64,000 nucleotides of DNA from Methanobacteriota archaeon (GTDB lineage Archaea; Halobacteriota; Bog-38; Methanoflorentales; Methanoflorentaceae): assembly GCA_963719035.1 (NCBI GenBank), contig CAVRAO010000002.1, forward strand, positions 1 to 64,000, in the 5' to 3' direction. Both the position numbers and the translations under genes were made by a program. Below, piece by piece: positions 18,150 through 29,030 of the stretch (its first letter is position 1; every line of letters starts with the position of its first letter). The notes under the pieces are model-generated. The model was not told where the DNA came from and made no database searches. It saw only the letters and a program-made list of their open reading frames with translations.

Positions 18150-19013
18150 ATGTCCCCGCAAAGAAGTCACAAATCGACCGGGTTTTCCGATATTGATCTC
18201 AGCCGCTGGAAGGAATATGACGACGTCATCCTGGACTCGCTGTGGCTCCTCGGGCCACGCGACAAGACCGGGCCGCACGTGGGGGATTACTGGGGCAACT
18301 TCATCCCGCAAATTCCATATCAGGTGCTGACGCGCTTCACGAAACGCGGCGATATCGTTGTTGACTTTTTTAACGGGATGGGCACGACACTCATCGAGTG
18401 CAAGCGGCTCGGAAGAAGCGGCATCGGCGTGGAGATTGACCCCGTCGTCGCGGAACGTTCGGTCGAACGAATAGATAGTGCGGAAAATCCGTTCAACGGT
18501 CGAGTCGCCGTGCTTGTGGGGGACTCAACGAAGCAGCACACCGCCAACCGCGTTCTCGCCCAACTTAACGAATGGGGCGCTGCTTTTGCTGATTGCATCA
18601 TTCTTCACCCACCCTATCACGACATTATCCCGTTTAGCGAACTCGAAGGCGACCTATCGAGGGTGCCATCAGAGGCGGCTTTCTTGGACAAGATAAGCTT
18701 GGTCGCGCAAAACGCCTTTGATTTGCTAAAACCCGCCGGATTCATGGCGCTCGTGATCGGCGACAAGTACGTCGATTCGCAACTCGTACCGCTTGGATTC
18801 AACTGCATGCAGCGATGCACTGATGTCGGTTTCGTGCTCAAGGCAATCAACGTCAAGGAGATTCTCAACAACGAACGGGGCAAAGGAAAGAACAACAATC
18901 TGTGGAAGTATCGCGCGCTCGTGGGGGGGTTCTATCTGTTCAAGCACGAGTACGTCATGATCTTTCGCAAACCTGCAAAGCGTTCCAAGGCGCCTAAAGG
19001 TGCCGCGCCATAA
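18150..19013 (+). CDS. Orphan amino-methyltransferase (N4/N6 DNA methylase or Trm11-like)
   Basis: GNFIPQIP, DFFNGMGTTL (motif I) and HPPY (motif IV). Confidence 0.85.
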   Translation: MSPQRSHKSTGFSDIDLSRWKEYDDVILDSLWLLGPRDKTGPHVGDYWGNFIPQIPYQVLTRFTKRGDIVVDFFNGMGTTLIECKRLGRSGIGVEIDPVVAERSVERIDSAENPFNGRVAVLVGDSTKQHTANRVLAQLNEWGAAFADCIILHPPYHDIIPFSELEGDLSRVPSEAAFLDKISLVAQNAFDLLKPAGFMALVIGDKYVDSQLVPLGFNCMQRCTDVGFVLKAINVKEILNNERGKGKNNNLWKYRALVGGFYLFKHEYVMIFRKPAKRSKAPKGAAP

Positions 19014-19854
19014 GCTTGTCCACGTCGATATCGTCGATCGGCACGTGGGCGAGGGTCTCTGCGTTTAAGGAACGGTAATCATCATCGAACGTTGGCTTTT
19101 CGGCCTCGTACAGCACCCCGATCGGTATCTTGTCGCCTGCTTCCTGCGCCTTTTTAAGCGCAAGCTCATAATCGAAGCGATCGTGCTCGGTCTCATCGAG
19201 CGTGTACACGTGGTCGTTCCACCACTTCCACGTGTTGACGTGGTTAAACGTGACGCACGGCTGGCCAATGTCGACAAGCGAGAATCCTTTGTGCCGGATC
19301 GCTTTTTCCATGAGTCCGATGAGGTGCTTGTTCTCGCCGCTAAAGCCGCGTCCGACAAACGTCGCGCCCGCTATAAGCGCAAGGGGTAAGGGGGTGACCG
19401 GCGACGCGAAGACGCCTTCCGGGGCGACCTTCCACTTGGTGCCCTTGAAGCTCGTTGGCGACGGCTGGCCGGTCGTAAGGCCATAGACCTGGTTGTCGTG
19501 CACGAATACCGTAATATCAACGTTTCGCCGAGCAGCGTGTAAAAGGTGTCCCAACCCCTCACCGTACGTATCGCCGTCCCCTGCGTGCACGATGACCGTC
19601 AAGTCGCTGTTTGCGAGTTTTACTCCCTGCGCAACGGGAATCGACCTCCCGTGCAGACTATGAAGCACATACGTGTTGATCCAGTAGCTGAGGTTTCCCG
19701 AGCACCCGATGCCGCATACGATCGCCGTCTTGTGCGGCGCAAGGTCCATATTCGCGTAGGCATTTTTCATCGCGTTCCAAATGCCGAAGTTGCCGCACCC
19801 GGGACACCACGTTGGCCACGTACCGGGCACGTCGTAGCGATGCACGTCTCCCAT
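18994..19854 (-). CDS. korB: 2-oxoacid:ferredoxin oxidoreductase beta subunit
   Basis: WCPGCGNF, GIGCSG, LHGR, GDGD..EG and DNQVYGLTTGQ motifs. Confidence 0.93.
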   Translation of the reverse strand: MGDVHRYDVPGTWPTWCPGCGNFGIWNAMKNAYANMDLAPHKTAIVCGIGCSGNLSYWINTYVLHSLHGRSIPVAQGVKLANSDLTVIVHAGDGDTYGEGLGHLLHAARRNVDITVFVHDNQVYGLTTGQPSPTSFKGTKWKVAPEGVFASPVTPLPLALIAGATFVGRGFSGENKHLIGLMEKAIRHKGFSLVDIGQPCVTFNHVNTWKWWNDHVYTLDETEHDRFDYELALKKAQEAGDKIPIGVLYEAEKPTFDDDYRSLNAETLAHVPIDDIDVDKLMARHL

Positions 19855-19855
19855 C

Positions 19856-21583
19856 TTAGAGCACCTCCGTGATGTGCTCGTAGAGCTCATCGGCGTTAAA
19901 CGCCCTCCCGTCATAACGTAAAATGGTATGATCGGGCCTGATCTGCGCGTGTTCTTTGATGAGACTGCCGAGCTGCGCGCCCCGGTTGTTTTCGATCAGA
20001 ACGACTTTGCCTCCCCTCGAGGCGCTCTTTTACGAGTTGTGAGGGGAAGGGGCTCATAAAGAGCACCTGCAGGAACCCGAGATCAACGTCGTCGTTGGCT
20101 CGAAGGTAATCCATAGCGTCGAGGATCGCGCCTTTCGTTGAGCCCCAGCCAACCAGCACTGTGCCAGACGAGTCGTTGCCGTGGTACTTGATCCCGTCGA
20201 GGAGTGCGGCAGCCGTGAAGTAGTTTCCTGCACCGCTTGTCGACCAACTTTGCGACTACTGGGGCATCTTCGGAAAAGTAGCCGCGCTCGTCGTGCTCGT
20301 CGCTGTTTGAGTTGAACATACCTCCCTCAACTCCCGGGACCGTCCGCGCTGACACGCCTGAGGGGGTCGCTTCATATCGGCTAAAGTCAGCAGGTACCTT
20401 TCCTTCCGTGAGCAGCAAGCCGCGATCGACGTTGAGCCCGTCTGTCTCAAAGGGTTCTGATGTGAAAAACGAGGTCCCCAGATGTTTGTCAGTGAGGATG
20501 AGCACCGGCGTTTGGAGTGCGTCAGCGAGATTGAACGCCCTGAACGTTTCGAAGAAGCACTCTTCCGGGTCACCCGGCGCAAGAACTACACGAAAGAAGT
20601 CTCCTTGAGATGCGTGAAGGCAGAACCGTAAGTCGCCTTGGGCCGTGCGGGTTGCAAGCCCAGTTGAAGGACCAGGGCGCTGGCCGTCAACGACCACAAG
20701 CGGGTTCTCCGTCGCTCCCGCAAGTCCGAGACCCTCGACCATTAACGAAAAGCCTCCGCCGGAAGTTGCCACCATAGACCGAGCGCCGGCGAAACTCGCC
20801 CCGATAGCCATGTTGATCCCGGCGATTTCGTCTTCAGGCTGAACCATCGCGACGCCGTACTCTCGTGCGTGAGCAGCGACATATGTCATAATATTATGCG
20901 TTGGCGTCATTGGGTAGATGGCGATAAACTTCATCCCTGCTTTGAACGCACCCATACAGATTGCGTCGTTCCCGGTCAAAGTCATTCTGTGCGCGCCTTT
21001 GAGCGGCATTAGTCCGCCTTTGTACGGTTCTGGATACAGATGCATCACATAATCATATCCTGCCTTTGCCGCGACGACGTTTTGCTACGACAATTTCTTC
21101 GCCTTTGTCGCCAAATGCGTCTTGAATGGCGGCGTTTAGGAGCGTAAGCTCATATCCGATCAGCGCAACCGAGGCCCCCATTGCGGCTACGTTTGCGGCC
21201 ACTTTGGGCAGGTGTAGGTCGGTCACCAGTTGCGTCAGAGGTACGTCGCATAAGGCAACATCTGCACGCGGTGGTTCAACGTTGAAGCTTTTCGCATCAT
21301 AGAGCAGCACGCCTCCCGGGATTACATCGTTCAAATCCAGTTCTATCGTCTCGGCGTTGAGTGCGACAAGGACGTCTACAGGTTGGATCGGGGCCCTCAC
21401 ACGTTGCGCATCGATCCTAAGTTGAAACGTGTTGTGCCCCCCGCGGATCAGTGAAGGGTATTCTGGGTGCGCAACAACGTGGTAGCCGCCTTTAACGAAT
21501 GTCTTAGAGAAGATCTCGCCGACGGTCAATATGCCGTATCCGGCTTCGCCGCCAATTTTCCAGTTGAGTCGACTATTATTCAT
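19856..21583 (-). CDS. korA: 2-oxoacid:ferredoxin oxidoreductase alpha subunit (gamma-alpha fusion), interrupted by three single-base insertions
   Basis: IGGEAGYG, YPMTP, EDEIAG, ATSGGGFSLM, RPGPSTG and VGWGSTKG in successive frames; shifts near 21083, 20212 and 20013. Confidence 0.88.
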
Positions 21584-21599
21584 CGTGCCTCCTGCTACT

Positions 21600-21847
21600 C
21601 TAACAGCTTTCAGCATCGGCCGAAGTGACGCGCAAAACCATCCCACAGCAAACCACGCGCTGCGAAATGCAAGAGCTGATTGCTGCGAGGGCGGCGATCT
21701 TAATCAAGATTGAACCGCACTGAGTTTCTCGGTGTGGGTGTACACGATAGGAATGCAGTAAGGCTGGTTTCTACCGCATAGGGCGAGGTTCCCGTAATTT
21801 TTCGCTTTGATAAACTCAATGGCTTTGTCTTGGGGCAATTCGTGCAT
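21600..21847 (-). pseudogene. Pyridoxamine 5'-phosphate oxidase-like (NimA-type) fragment
   Basis: MHELPQDKAIEFIKAKNYGNLALCGRNQPYCIPIVY, then degenerates. Confidence 0.55.
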
Positions 21848-22069
21848 ACTATCTACATAACTGCGATAGGCGAAAAAAGTATTTATGAGTGGAAGCGCAC
21901 GCTGCACCCCACGGTTCAATGGTCTCTGGCGAGTTAATCCCGCGGTGCGCGTTAAGGCGTGTTGCCCCGTAAGGATGTACTTTATTTTGATGTGCCTCCA
22001 TGACACACCTCAATTCGCGTAGTTTCGGTGGCAGGAAGCCGAAAAAAAGCCCCTAACAGAACTCTAATG

Positions 22070-22077
22070 TTTATATA
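22070..22077 (+). promoter_or_regulatory. TATA box of the aIF1 gene
   Basis: TTTATATA about 55 nt upstream of the ATG. Confidence 0.6.
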
Positions 22078-22130
22078 ATCTGGCGCCGTAAGCACCTACA
22101 TACCGAGAAATCGGAGGTTTCCAAAAAGGC

Positions 22131-22439
22131 ATGAACTCTGGAATGTGTACCGTTTGCGGACTCCCTAGCGAGTTGTGCATCTGTGAAGAAGTAGCCAAGG
22201 AACAACAAAGAATCACAGTAAAAGTGAACAGAAGACGCTACGGAAAGGAGGTCACCGTAATCGAGGGAATTGATCCTCACGAAATAGATCTCGGAGAGCT
22301 CACGAGCTACCTCAAAGCAAGACTTGCATGTGGAGGGACTGTGAAAGACGGTCTCATTGAATTGCAGGGGAATCACAAAGACAGAGTAAAAGAAATCCTT
22401 GCAGGCAAAGGATTCTCTGCTGCGCAGATCAAAGCTTAA
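22131..22439 (+). CDS. sui1: Translation initiation factor aIF1 (SUI1/YciH)
   Basis: [25 protein letters not shown] and IELQGNH motifs. Confidence 0.95.
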   Translation: MNSGMCTVCGLPSELCICEEVAKEQQRITVKVNRRRYGKEVTVIEGIDPHEIDLGELTSYLKARLACGGTVKDGLIELQGNHKDRVKEILAGKGFSAAQIKA

Positions 22440-22690
22440 GCTCGGCTGCGCTCATCCAAGCACTCGTATGGAACCTGGCTGTATGTAGGTGAAAAACGCG
22501 TCTCGCGCTTCCAGCGCTCACTAATCGTGTTTGCAGGTGCTGCTTTTACTGATTCGTGTCTATCTCCAAGCACGACGCGCTTCTTTTGTAGCTAAATATT
22601 TCTAACATGATTCACGTTTATGCTTGACTATATCAAGCAATGAGGCCGTCCTGAGCGAATGTCTCGGCGGCGTCTGTTTATGGAGATGGT

Positions 22691-23749
22691 ATGTTGAACG
22701 TTGATTACCGGGGCCACGAAACAGCGCTTGCACTTTCCAAAAAAATCGGTGAGCTTGTCAGCAAATACGGCAAAGAAATCAAAATAATGCATGTTTGCGG
22801 CACACACGAGGCATCGATCACGCGGTTTGGCATACGATCCCTGTTACCCAACAACTTGAAAGTGGTGATGGGCCCGGGTTGCCCAGTTTGCATCACCCCC
22901 CAAGGCGAAATCGACGCGGCCATAAAATTAGCCAAGGACGGAATAACAGTTGCGACGTACGGGGATCTGATGCGCGTTCCGGGAACCGAAGGTTCGCTTT
23001 CAGATTCAGGTGGCGACGTACACATCGTCGGCAGCATAACGCACGCAATAGAGCTCGCAAAAAAGACGAGCGATGACGTGGTCTTTGTCGGCGTAGGCTT
23101 CGAAACCACAGCCCCTACGACGTCAGTTACGCTCTTGCAGAAGTTGCCGAGCAATTTTTCAATAATGTGCTCCCATCGACTCATACCTCCCGCGCTGCGC
23201 TGGCTGCTAGAGCGCGTGAGCGAGTCCAAGGCGCAAATAGATGGCTTCTTGCTCCCAGGGCACGTGTGCACGATTATCGGATTGCGGCCGTTTGAAGAAT
23301 TTCCAGTTCCTCAGGTCGTTGCGGGATTTGAGCCTAATGACGTGCTCTATGGGCTCTATCTTATTGTGAAGCAGATTGCAAATGGTGAGCACAAAGTTGA
23401 AAACGCCTATCCTCGTGTCGTCCATTACGAGGGAAACGTGAAAGCGCAGGCGCTGATGCGCCGCACATTTGACGTCGTCGATCTCGAATGGCGCGGTTTC
23501 CCTGTTATCCCCGATTCAGGCTACGCGATAAAGCATGAGTTTGAGCTTCACGACGCGCAACGTCGTTACTCTCTCGATTTCACAAGCAGAGAAGTGAAAA
23601 CCGGATGCATCTGCAATCTTGTCTTACAAGGCCTCAAAGCGCCGACGGATTGCAGGCTCTTTGCAAAGGTCTGTGTCCCTCACAAAGCGGTGGGGCCGTG
23701 CATGGTGTCAGCAGAGGGCGCTTGCAACATTTGGTACAAAAACCGATAA
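22691..23749 (+). CDS. hypD: Hydrogenase maturation protein HypD
   Basis: MHVCGTHE, GPGCPVC, GFETT and GPCMVSAEGAC motifs. Confidence 0.97.
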   Translation: MLNVDYRGHETALALSKKIGELVSKYGKEIKIMHVCGTHEASITRFGIRSLLPNNLKVVMGPGCPVCITPQGEIDAAIKLAKDGITVATYGDLMRVPGTEGSLSDSGGDVHIVGSITHAIELAKKTSDDVVFVGVGFETTAPTTSVTLLQKLPSNFSIMCSHRLIPPALRWLLERVSESKAQIDGFLLPGHVCTIIGLRPFEEFPVPQVVAGFEPNDVLYGLYLIVKQIANGEHKVENAYPRVVHYEGNVKAQALMRRTFDVVDLEWRGFPVIPDSGYAIKHEFELHDAQRRYSLDFTSREVKTGCICNLVLQGLKAPTDCRLFAKVCVPHKAVGPCMVSAEGACNIWYKNR

Positions 23750-23829
23750 GCTCCCGTGTTGCAGCGAGCGACTGTTGGTCAGTTCGGACCACGAGCTAGG
23801 GAAGCGTTCAAACGACCTCATTGAGTTTT

Positions 23830-24636
23830 ATGACGCAAGAAAAAACGATTCTGATAACGAATGACGATGGCATACGTTCCTATGGCTTAATCGCGGTAGC
23901 CAACGCGTTGAAAGACCTTGGCAGACTCGTTATTGTCGCGCCCTCCGTCCAAAAAAGTGGCGTAAGTCGGTCACTATCACTTTTTGAGCCAATACGGGTT
24001 TCAGGCGCTAGGGTAGAGGGACACGAAGCGTATGCGGTCGCCGGAACCCCTACAGACGCGGTACTCATTGCTGAATATGCAATCCTCAAACAAAAACCTG
24101 ATTTGCTAGTGTCAGGCATCAATATCGGAGAGAACCTTAGTACAGAGTCTGTTATGACCTCTGGTACCTTAGGTGCTGCGCTTACTGGAGCAAGCCAGGA
24201 CATTCCTGCCTTGGCCATCTCATTGCAGGCGCATCATGCCCATGTCTTTGAGTCACGCACAGAATTAGATTTTGGGTTAGCAGCCAACGTGGCAAGGGTA
24301 CTGGCCTCGCACGTCCTTAAATACGGGATGCCCGAGAAGGTAGATGTGCTCAACGTTAACGTTCCGATGGACGTGAGTGAGGCACGATTTAAAGTAACGA
24401 GGCTCCAAAGGAACGTTTTTGACATCAGGATTATCGAACGACTCGACCCACGTGGTAACGCATATTTTTGGATCGGGAGCGACTTAAAAAAGAGCCAACA
24501 GACTGACAGCGATGTCTATGCACTCAACAACGGATTTGTCTCTGTAACTCCGCTCACACTGGACAACACAGCGGTTGCTGACCAAAATATCCTTCAAAAG
24601 TGGCTCAAGGCTCTTGACACTGTTGGCGCTAGGTGA
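23830..24636 (+). CDS. surE: 5'/3'-nucleotidase SurE
   Basis: ILITNDDG, GTPTD, SGINIGEN and SGT motifs. Confidence 0.95.
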   Translation: MTQEKTILITNDDGIRSYGLIAVANALKDLGRLVIVAPSVQKSGVSRSLSLFEPIRVSGARVEGHEAYAVAGTPTDAVLIAEYAILKQKPDLLVSGINIGENLSTESVMTSGTLGAALTGASQDIPALAISLQAHHAHVFESRTELDFGLAANVARVLASHVLKYGMPEKVDVLNVNVPMDVSEARFKVTRLQRNVFDIRIIERLDPRGNAYFWIGSDLKKSQQTDSDVYALNNGFVSVTPLTLDNTAVADQNILQKWLKALDTVGAR

Positions 24637-27211
24637 CTTGCTTGGTTAACTCAATTAACTTGAAACCGCCGACTTCGAGTCCAACGGAAAAACCATGAAT
24701 GTTGCTGTTCTCTCGCACTCCCTGATCGTACCAGTCGTCAATCTCGCTGTGGAACACCCTTACTCGGTAGCGACCAGGCGTCACATAGGTTTCGGTGATC
24801 TCGCTCACGCTAAAGGTGAACGAAGTAGAACTAGCAGTCATATTGCCAATACAGATAACGACGTGGCTCGGTGTCGCGAGCGCGACGAGGTGAATTTCTT
24901 CGAGTCTCTCGTGAATCAACGCTGAAACGTCATCATCGAGTTCAGTTTGAGCGTTGTTTAAACTTGTGCTAAACGGGTAGTTTGCGAATATGGTTAAGCG
25001 CCCTTTGACCCAGCAGGCAAAGTAGGTAACAGCACTCCCGTGATATGGCATATTTGAGAGGCTCACCCATTTCCATATGAGTGGAAGGTTGGGATTGATA
25101 TGTAGCCCGCGGTGCAGCCCAACGCCGCACACCCCTTCTACGGCGGTCCACAAGTATTTCGGCGGAAACCACGGCGACAGTTTCATACCATTGTTAACGA
25201 GAGACTCACCGTGATACCACTCCGAGAACTGTCCTGGAACGGTATTCTGACTCGTCGGGTCGAGCTCGTACTGGCGAAACGTTCCACGCATAATGTTTAT
25301 CATGACATCAGGCTGATGCGTCGAGCATGAATATGCAAACATGAATGCAATATCAGGCCAGATCCCGCCAGTCAAACCCCATCCTCGATCGGGATGGTAG
25401 TTCAGAGCCGTCCGCGGCACGGTCCGCAGACCTGCTGTCGTCAAGAAATCAGGACGGTTAAGCCGGTCAATGATGAGGTGCGATGTCGCTGGTGTGGCAA
25501 CGTTAAAAATCACTGGAAATATCAGATCGCATGTGACGTCAGGGTGCTCATTGCCGTTCAAATCAACGTTAAGATAGTACAGACCGCTCTTGGGGTTTAT
25601 TAAGTGCTTGTTGATCGCGTTCTTAAGCTTCGTTGCTTCTGTTCTAAAATAAGCCGCTCTCTCATCACGTTCCACGAAGTCGGCTAATAATGCAGTCGCT
25701 CGTAAAGCGGCGAAGCATTCAGCATTAACTTCGGTTACCGCGCCGTTGATAGCGTAGTTTGGAATGATATTACGCCAGCCACAAATGCCATAAACGCCCA
25801 CCCCATTCGATCGACAAAAAATGAGTCCGCGTTCGTCCTTTTGCGAGAGGATATAATCTGCAGCTTTTTCAACAGAAGGGTACATCTCTTCGAGAAAAAC
25901 ACGATCATCGCTTATCTGGAACGTATGAGCGACGGCAAGGATATAAAGCGGCGTATCGTCGTTAACGTTAAGCTGATAGTCGTCCACATCCCCCGTTACG
26001 CCATTATAATATTCGGCGATGAGTCCGTCTGCTGACTGCAGTCGTTTGAAGACTTTTAAAGCCTGTTTGGAAAATTCGGGAGCTACATAGTCGCACCCAA
26101 ATGAGAACCATGCGGTGTCCCGGGCGACGATATTGCTCGACAGGCTTGGATCATTGGTAAACCCCCAGCCTTGGGGGTACTCTGCCTTCACACGAGCCAT
26201 ATTTGCCTTTGCCCACTGCACCCCTCTGTTTATGACCTGATCCGGCGTTGTTACTACAGAATAGCTTGATTCGTGAACGAAATTGTTGATAGTCAGTTTG
26301 TACGCCTTTTCGTAATCTTCTAATAGTTCAAATGTTTGCAGGGCATCTTCAGCGCTCGTGGGTGAGAAACCGACAATGAAGGTAAACTGTTCTTCCCCTC
26401 CAACGGGCACCTCAATATCTACTTGGATCCTTCCTATGATTGTGTGATCTTCAGTGCTTCGTGCTGCTGAATCTGTTGTAGATGATTCGGTTATTAGCGG
26501 AACGTATTGGACTGAACAGCGCTCTGCCGAAAAATCGATTCCGATGTATTTGCCACAGGAGGAAACCAAACGCGGAGTGACGTTGAAGTCGTCGTTTACC
26601 GCTGAAATATCAGTTGTATACGAGCAGACTGCGTTTTCGGCTGTCGTGCCAAAAAATCTCGTCCACTGCTCATTACTCCGATTGCTGGCCATAATGACCT
26701 TATTCTTGTAGGCAAAACGAACCTCTGCGTCAGGTGTTGTCGCGAGGTATGTTGGGCGTAGGTCAGAGTACGCAACGACCGCTATTTTCTGAACTTCAGA
26801 CGTTTTATTGACTATCTTTAATCCTAAATAGGCTGCCGGACACTTATCGAGATTGTCCTGTGGCGCATTTGGAACGTAAAAAATTTCTGAAATGCGCAGG
26901 CCGCGAGCGAGTTTGAACTTGTGCTTCTGGTAAGCAGGATGGATTATGAAATCTCCAGAGCCTGTCTGCTCGAGCAAAATGCCAGATTCTGCGTCATAAT
27001 AGCGGATGAGCGTTGAGCCAACGACGTTTCTGCCGAGGTCCAGCGAAAATAAGTTCTCAATAGCCCCGGTCGCCTTTGAGTTTGCGAAGCATTTCTTGTT
27101 TCCATAGCTGCTGCCCGTCACGAGCTTATCATCTGGAAGCACATACGCCCACAGATCATTGATGCGTTCAATCCGCACCGTTTTCGCTGCTTCTGCCTCA
27201 CTTTGCCGCAT
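24629..27211 (-). CDS. (alpha/alpha)6 glycoside hydrolase, amylo-alpha-1,6-glucosidase/GDE-like
   Basis: VARDTAW, DDTPLY, VTEVNAE and GGIWP motifs; start uncertain (frame open from 27292). Confidence 0.7.
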   Translation of the reverse strand: MRQSEAEAAKTVRIERINDLWAYVLPDDKLVTGSSYGNKKCFANSKATGAIENLFSLDLGRNVVGSTLIRYYDAESGILLEQTGSGDFIIHPAYQKHKFKLARGLRISEIFYVPNAPQDNLDKCPAAYLGLKIVNKTSEVQKIAVVAYSDLRPTYLATTPDAEVRFAYKNKVIMASNRSNEQWTRFFGTTAENAVCSYTTDISAVNDDFNVTPRLVSSCGKYIGIDFSAERCSVQYVPLITESSTTDSAARSTEDHTIIGRIQVDIEVPVGGEEQFTFIVGFSPTSAEDALQTFELLEDYEKAYKLTINNFVHESSYSVVTTPDQVINRGVQWAKANMARVKAEYPQGWGFTNDPSLSSNIVARDTAWFSFGCDYVAPEFSKQALKVFKRLQSADGLIAEYYNGVTGDVDDYQLNVNDDTPLYILAVAHTFQISDDRVFLEEMYPSVEKAADYILSQKDERGLIFCRSNGVGVYGICGWRNIIPNYAINGAVTEVNAECFAALRATALLADFVERDERAAYFRTEATKLKNAINKHLINPKSGLYYLNVDLNGNEHPDVTCDLIFPVIFNVATPATSHLIIDRLNRPDFLTTAGLRTVPRTALNYHPDRGWGLTGGIWPDIAFMFAYSCSTHQPDVMINIMRGTFRQYELDPTSQNTVPGQFSEWYHGESLVNNGMKLSPWFPPKYLWTAVEGVCGVGLHRGLHINPNLPLIWKWVSLSNMPYHGSAVTYFACWVKGRLTIFANYPFSTSLNNAQTELDDDVSALIHERLEEIHLVALATPSHVVICIGNMTASSTSFTFSVSEITETYVTPGRYRVRVFHSEIDDWYDQGVRENSNIHGFSVGLEVGGFKLIELTKQVT

Positions 27212-27369
27212 GGAAACACGTAGTAATCGCAGTGCTCCTAGTTTAATGTTTTTGTAAACGAAATCACCTATGGGGTGCTCGCGAACTGTCAACGTTTGCT
27301 GGGCCTCGTTTTACTAAATGAAATAAAATAGTTATATAAGGGTAGAGCACTTCAAGGACTCCGAAGGAA

Positions 27370-28308
27370 GTGGGCACCATAAGTGGATATCAAAGCTCAT
27401 GGACCATCTTGCACACGTATCTCGGCTTGAAACAAACCGAGACTGTGCTCATTGTCACAGATACGTTGCAGCTTAAGATTGCCAAGTCGCTATACGACAC
27501 GGCACGTGAGATGAACTGCGATGCAATTATGATGACCATGCCTCCCAGGTCCCGCCACGGAGAAGAGCCTCCTCGTGCTGTCGCGGAAGCGATGCGAAGC
27601 GTTGACGTTGTCATTGCCCCTACAACTATGTCACTAACGCATACGAGGGCACGAAAACAGGCGAATGATGCTGGCGTACGCACTGCAAGCATGCCCGGCG
27701 TGACGGAGCAAATGATGATCGAGGGGGGGTTGACTGCCAATCCTCAAGACGTGATGGACCACACCCGCCGTCTTGCAGAAACCTTCAGGGGCGCGTCGCA
27801 GATCAGGCTCACATCAGAGCTTGGAACTGACATCTGTTTTGATGTGAATGACTCGAAGTGGAACCTTGACGTAGGGTGTTGTAGAGAAAAAGGCTGCAGT
27901 ACCAATCTGCCAGCAGGGGAAATCTATACAGCTCCGGAAAACTGTAACGGCACAGTTGTTATTGATGGCTGTATGGCTGGGCTCGAGCTTTTGAAACACC
28001 CAATGAAAATTCGAGTTGAACAAGGCGTCGCCGTTGACGTCCAAGGTGACCGTGCGAACGAGGTTCTTAAGATTATTAATCCGTTTGGGGACGAAGCGAG
28101 GAATATTGCAGAGCTCGGAATTGGCACAAATCCGCGAGCGCGAATAATTGGCGTTGTTTTGGAGGATGAGAAGGTTATGGGAACGGCTCACATTGCGTTA
28201 GGCGACAATAGTACGATTGGTGGAAACGTTGTGGCAGGCGTGCACCTTGACGCGATAATTCGCAAGCCGCGAGTTTTTGCTGACGGCCAAGAAATTGCCC
28301 TGTTATAA
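27370..28308 (+). CDS. M29-family (thermophilic/leucyl) aminopeptidase
   Basis: NLPAGEIY, AELGIGTN, EDEKVMGTAHIALG and HLD motifs. Confidence 0.9.
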   Translation: MGTISGYQSSWTILHTYLGLKQTETVLIVTDTLQLKIAKSLYDTAREMNCDAIMMTMPPRSRHGEEPPRAVAEAMRSVDVVIAPTTMSLTHTRARKQANDAGVRTASMPGVTEQMMIEGGLTANPQDVMDHTRRLAETFRGASQIRLTSELGTDICFDVNDSKWNLDVGCCREKGCSTNLPAGEIYTAPENCNGTVVIDGCMAGLELLKHPMKIRVEQGVAVDVQGDRANEVLKIINPFGDEARNIAELGIGTNPRARIIGVVLEDEKVMGTAHIALGDNSTIGGNVVAGVHLDAIIRKPRVFADGQEIALL

Positions 28309-28462
28309 CCAACAACTTCCTTTTGGATGCATAGCAGCTGTGCTTTGAAGAGTTGCTTCTAGCGTCGCTGCGTTCTTGTCTCGTGTCGATCATCGCATAC
28401 ACCGGTTTCAATACTAAGTTAGCCTTCGCAGGCATGGGGGCGCTTAGGCCGAGTTATCTGCG

Positions 28463-28882
28463 CTATGGCGTTGCTATTTCTGCTCCCTTTTTCTGGCACG
28501 ATTCGAGATCAGCTTTAGACGGCTTCCCCTTGACTCTGATTGGCGGGACTAGAACAGTTGCACCTTTCGAGTGAAAAAAGTCGATTGTCTGCTCTATGGC
28601 TTCGCCGAGAATTTCATACGAACCTAAAACGAAGGCTGTTTTGTTACTGAAATCGAAATTGTCAAAATTCTTCATGAAATAGCGCACGCTAGACGGCGGT
28701 TTTTCATGATAAGTTGGCGTGGCGACGATAAAGACGTCCGCTTTTTTGACGTCAAATGGCTTGATTTGTCTTATGTTTCTAATAACCGTCTCTGCTCCGG
28801 CCTCTCGAGCTCCGCGTTCGATTGCGTACGCCATAGTCCGCGTGTTGCCGTGATAACTTTCGTAGCTTATAACGATGTTCAT
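28463..28882 (-). CDS. Flavodoxin-domain protein
   Basis: YESYHGNT, ATPTY and GSY motifs. Confidence 0.88.
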   Translation of the reverse strand: MNIVISYESYHGNTRTMAYAIERGAREAGAETVIRNIRQIKPFDVKKADVFIVATPTYHEKPPSSVRYFMKNFDNFDFSNKTAFVLGSYEILGEAIEQTIDFFHSKGATVLVPPIRVKGKPSKADLESCQKKGAEIATP

Positions 28883-29030
28883 AGTTTTACTCTCACGTTA
28901 CTACAATAAAGCCTTCCGCTGCTAGGCAACGTTAGACCTTTCATCTTTCGAATAATAGTAGGCCGACGGCGTTAAGTGAACACGGAAAAATAATATAAGT
29001 TAGGATCTAACGCCTGAAAGAGGATTACAA

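Noticed and set aside
19856-21583. korA as three genes or programmed frameshifting
   Set aside because: Single-base insertions restore one canonical protein, and the same error type recurs in other housekeeping genes
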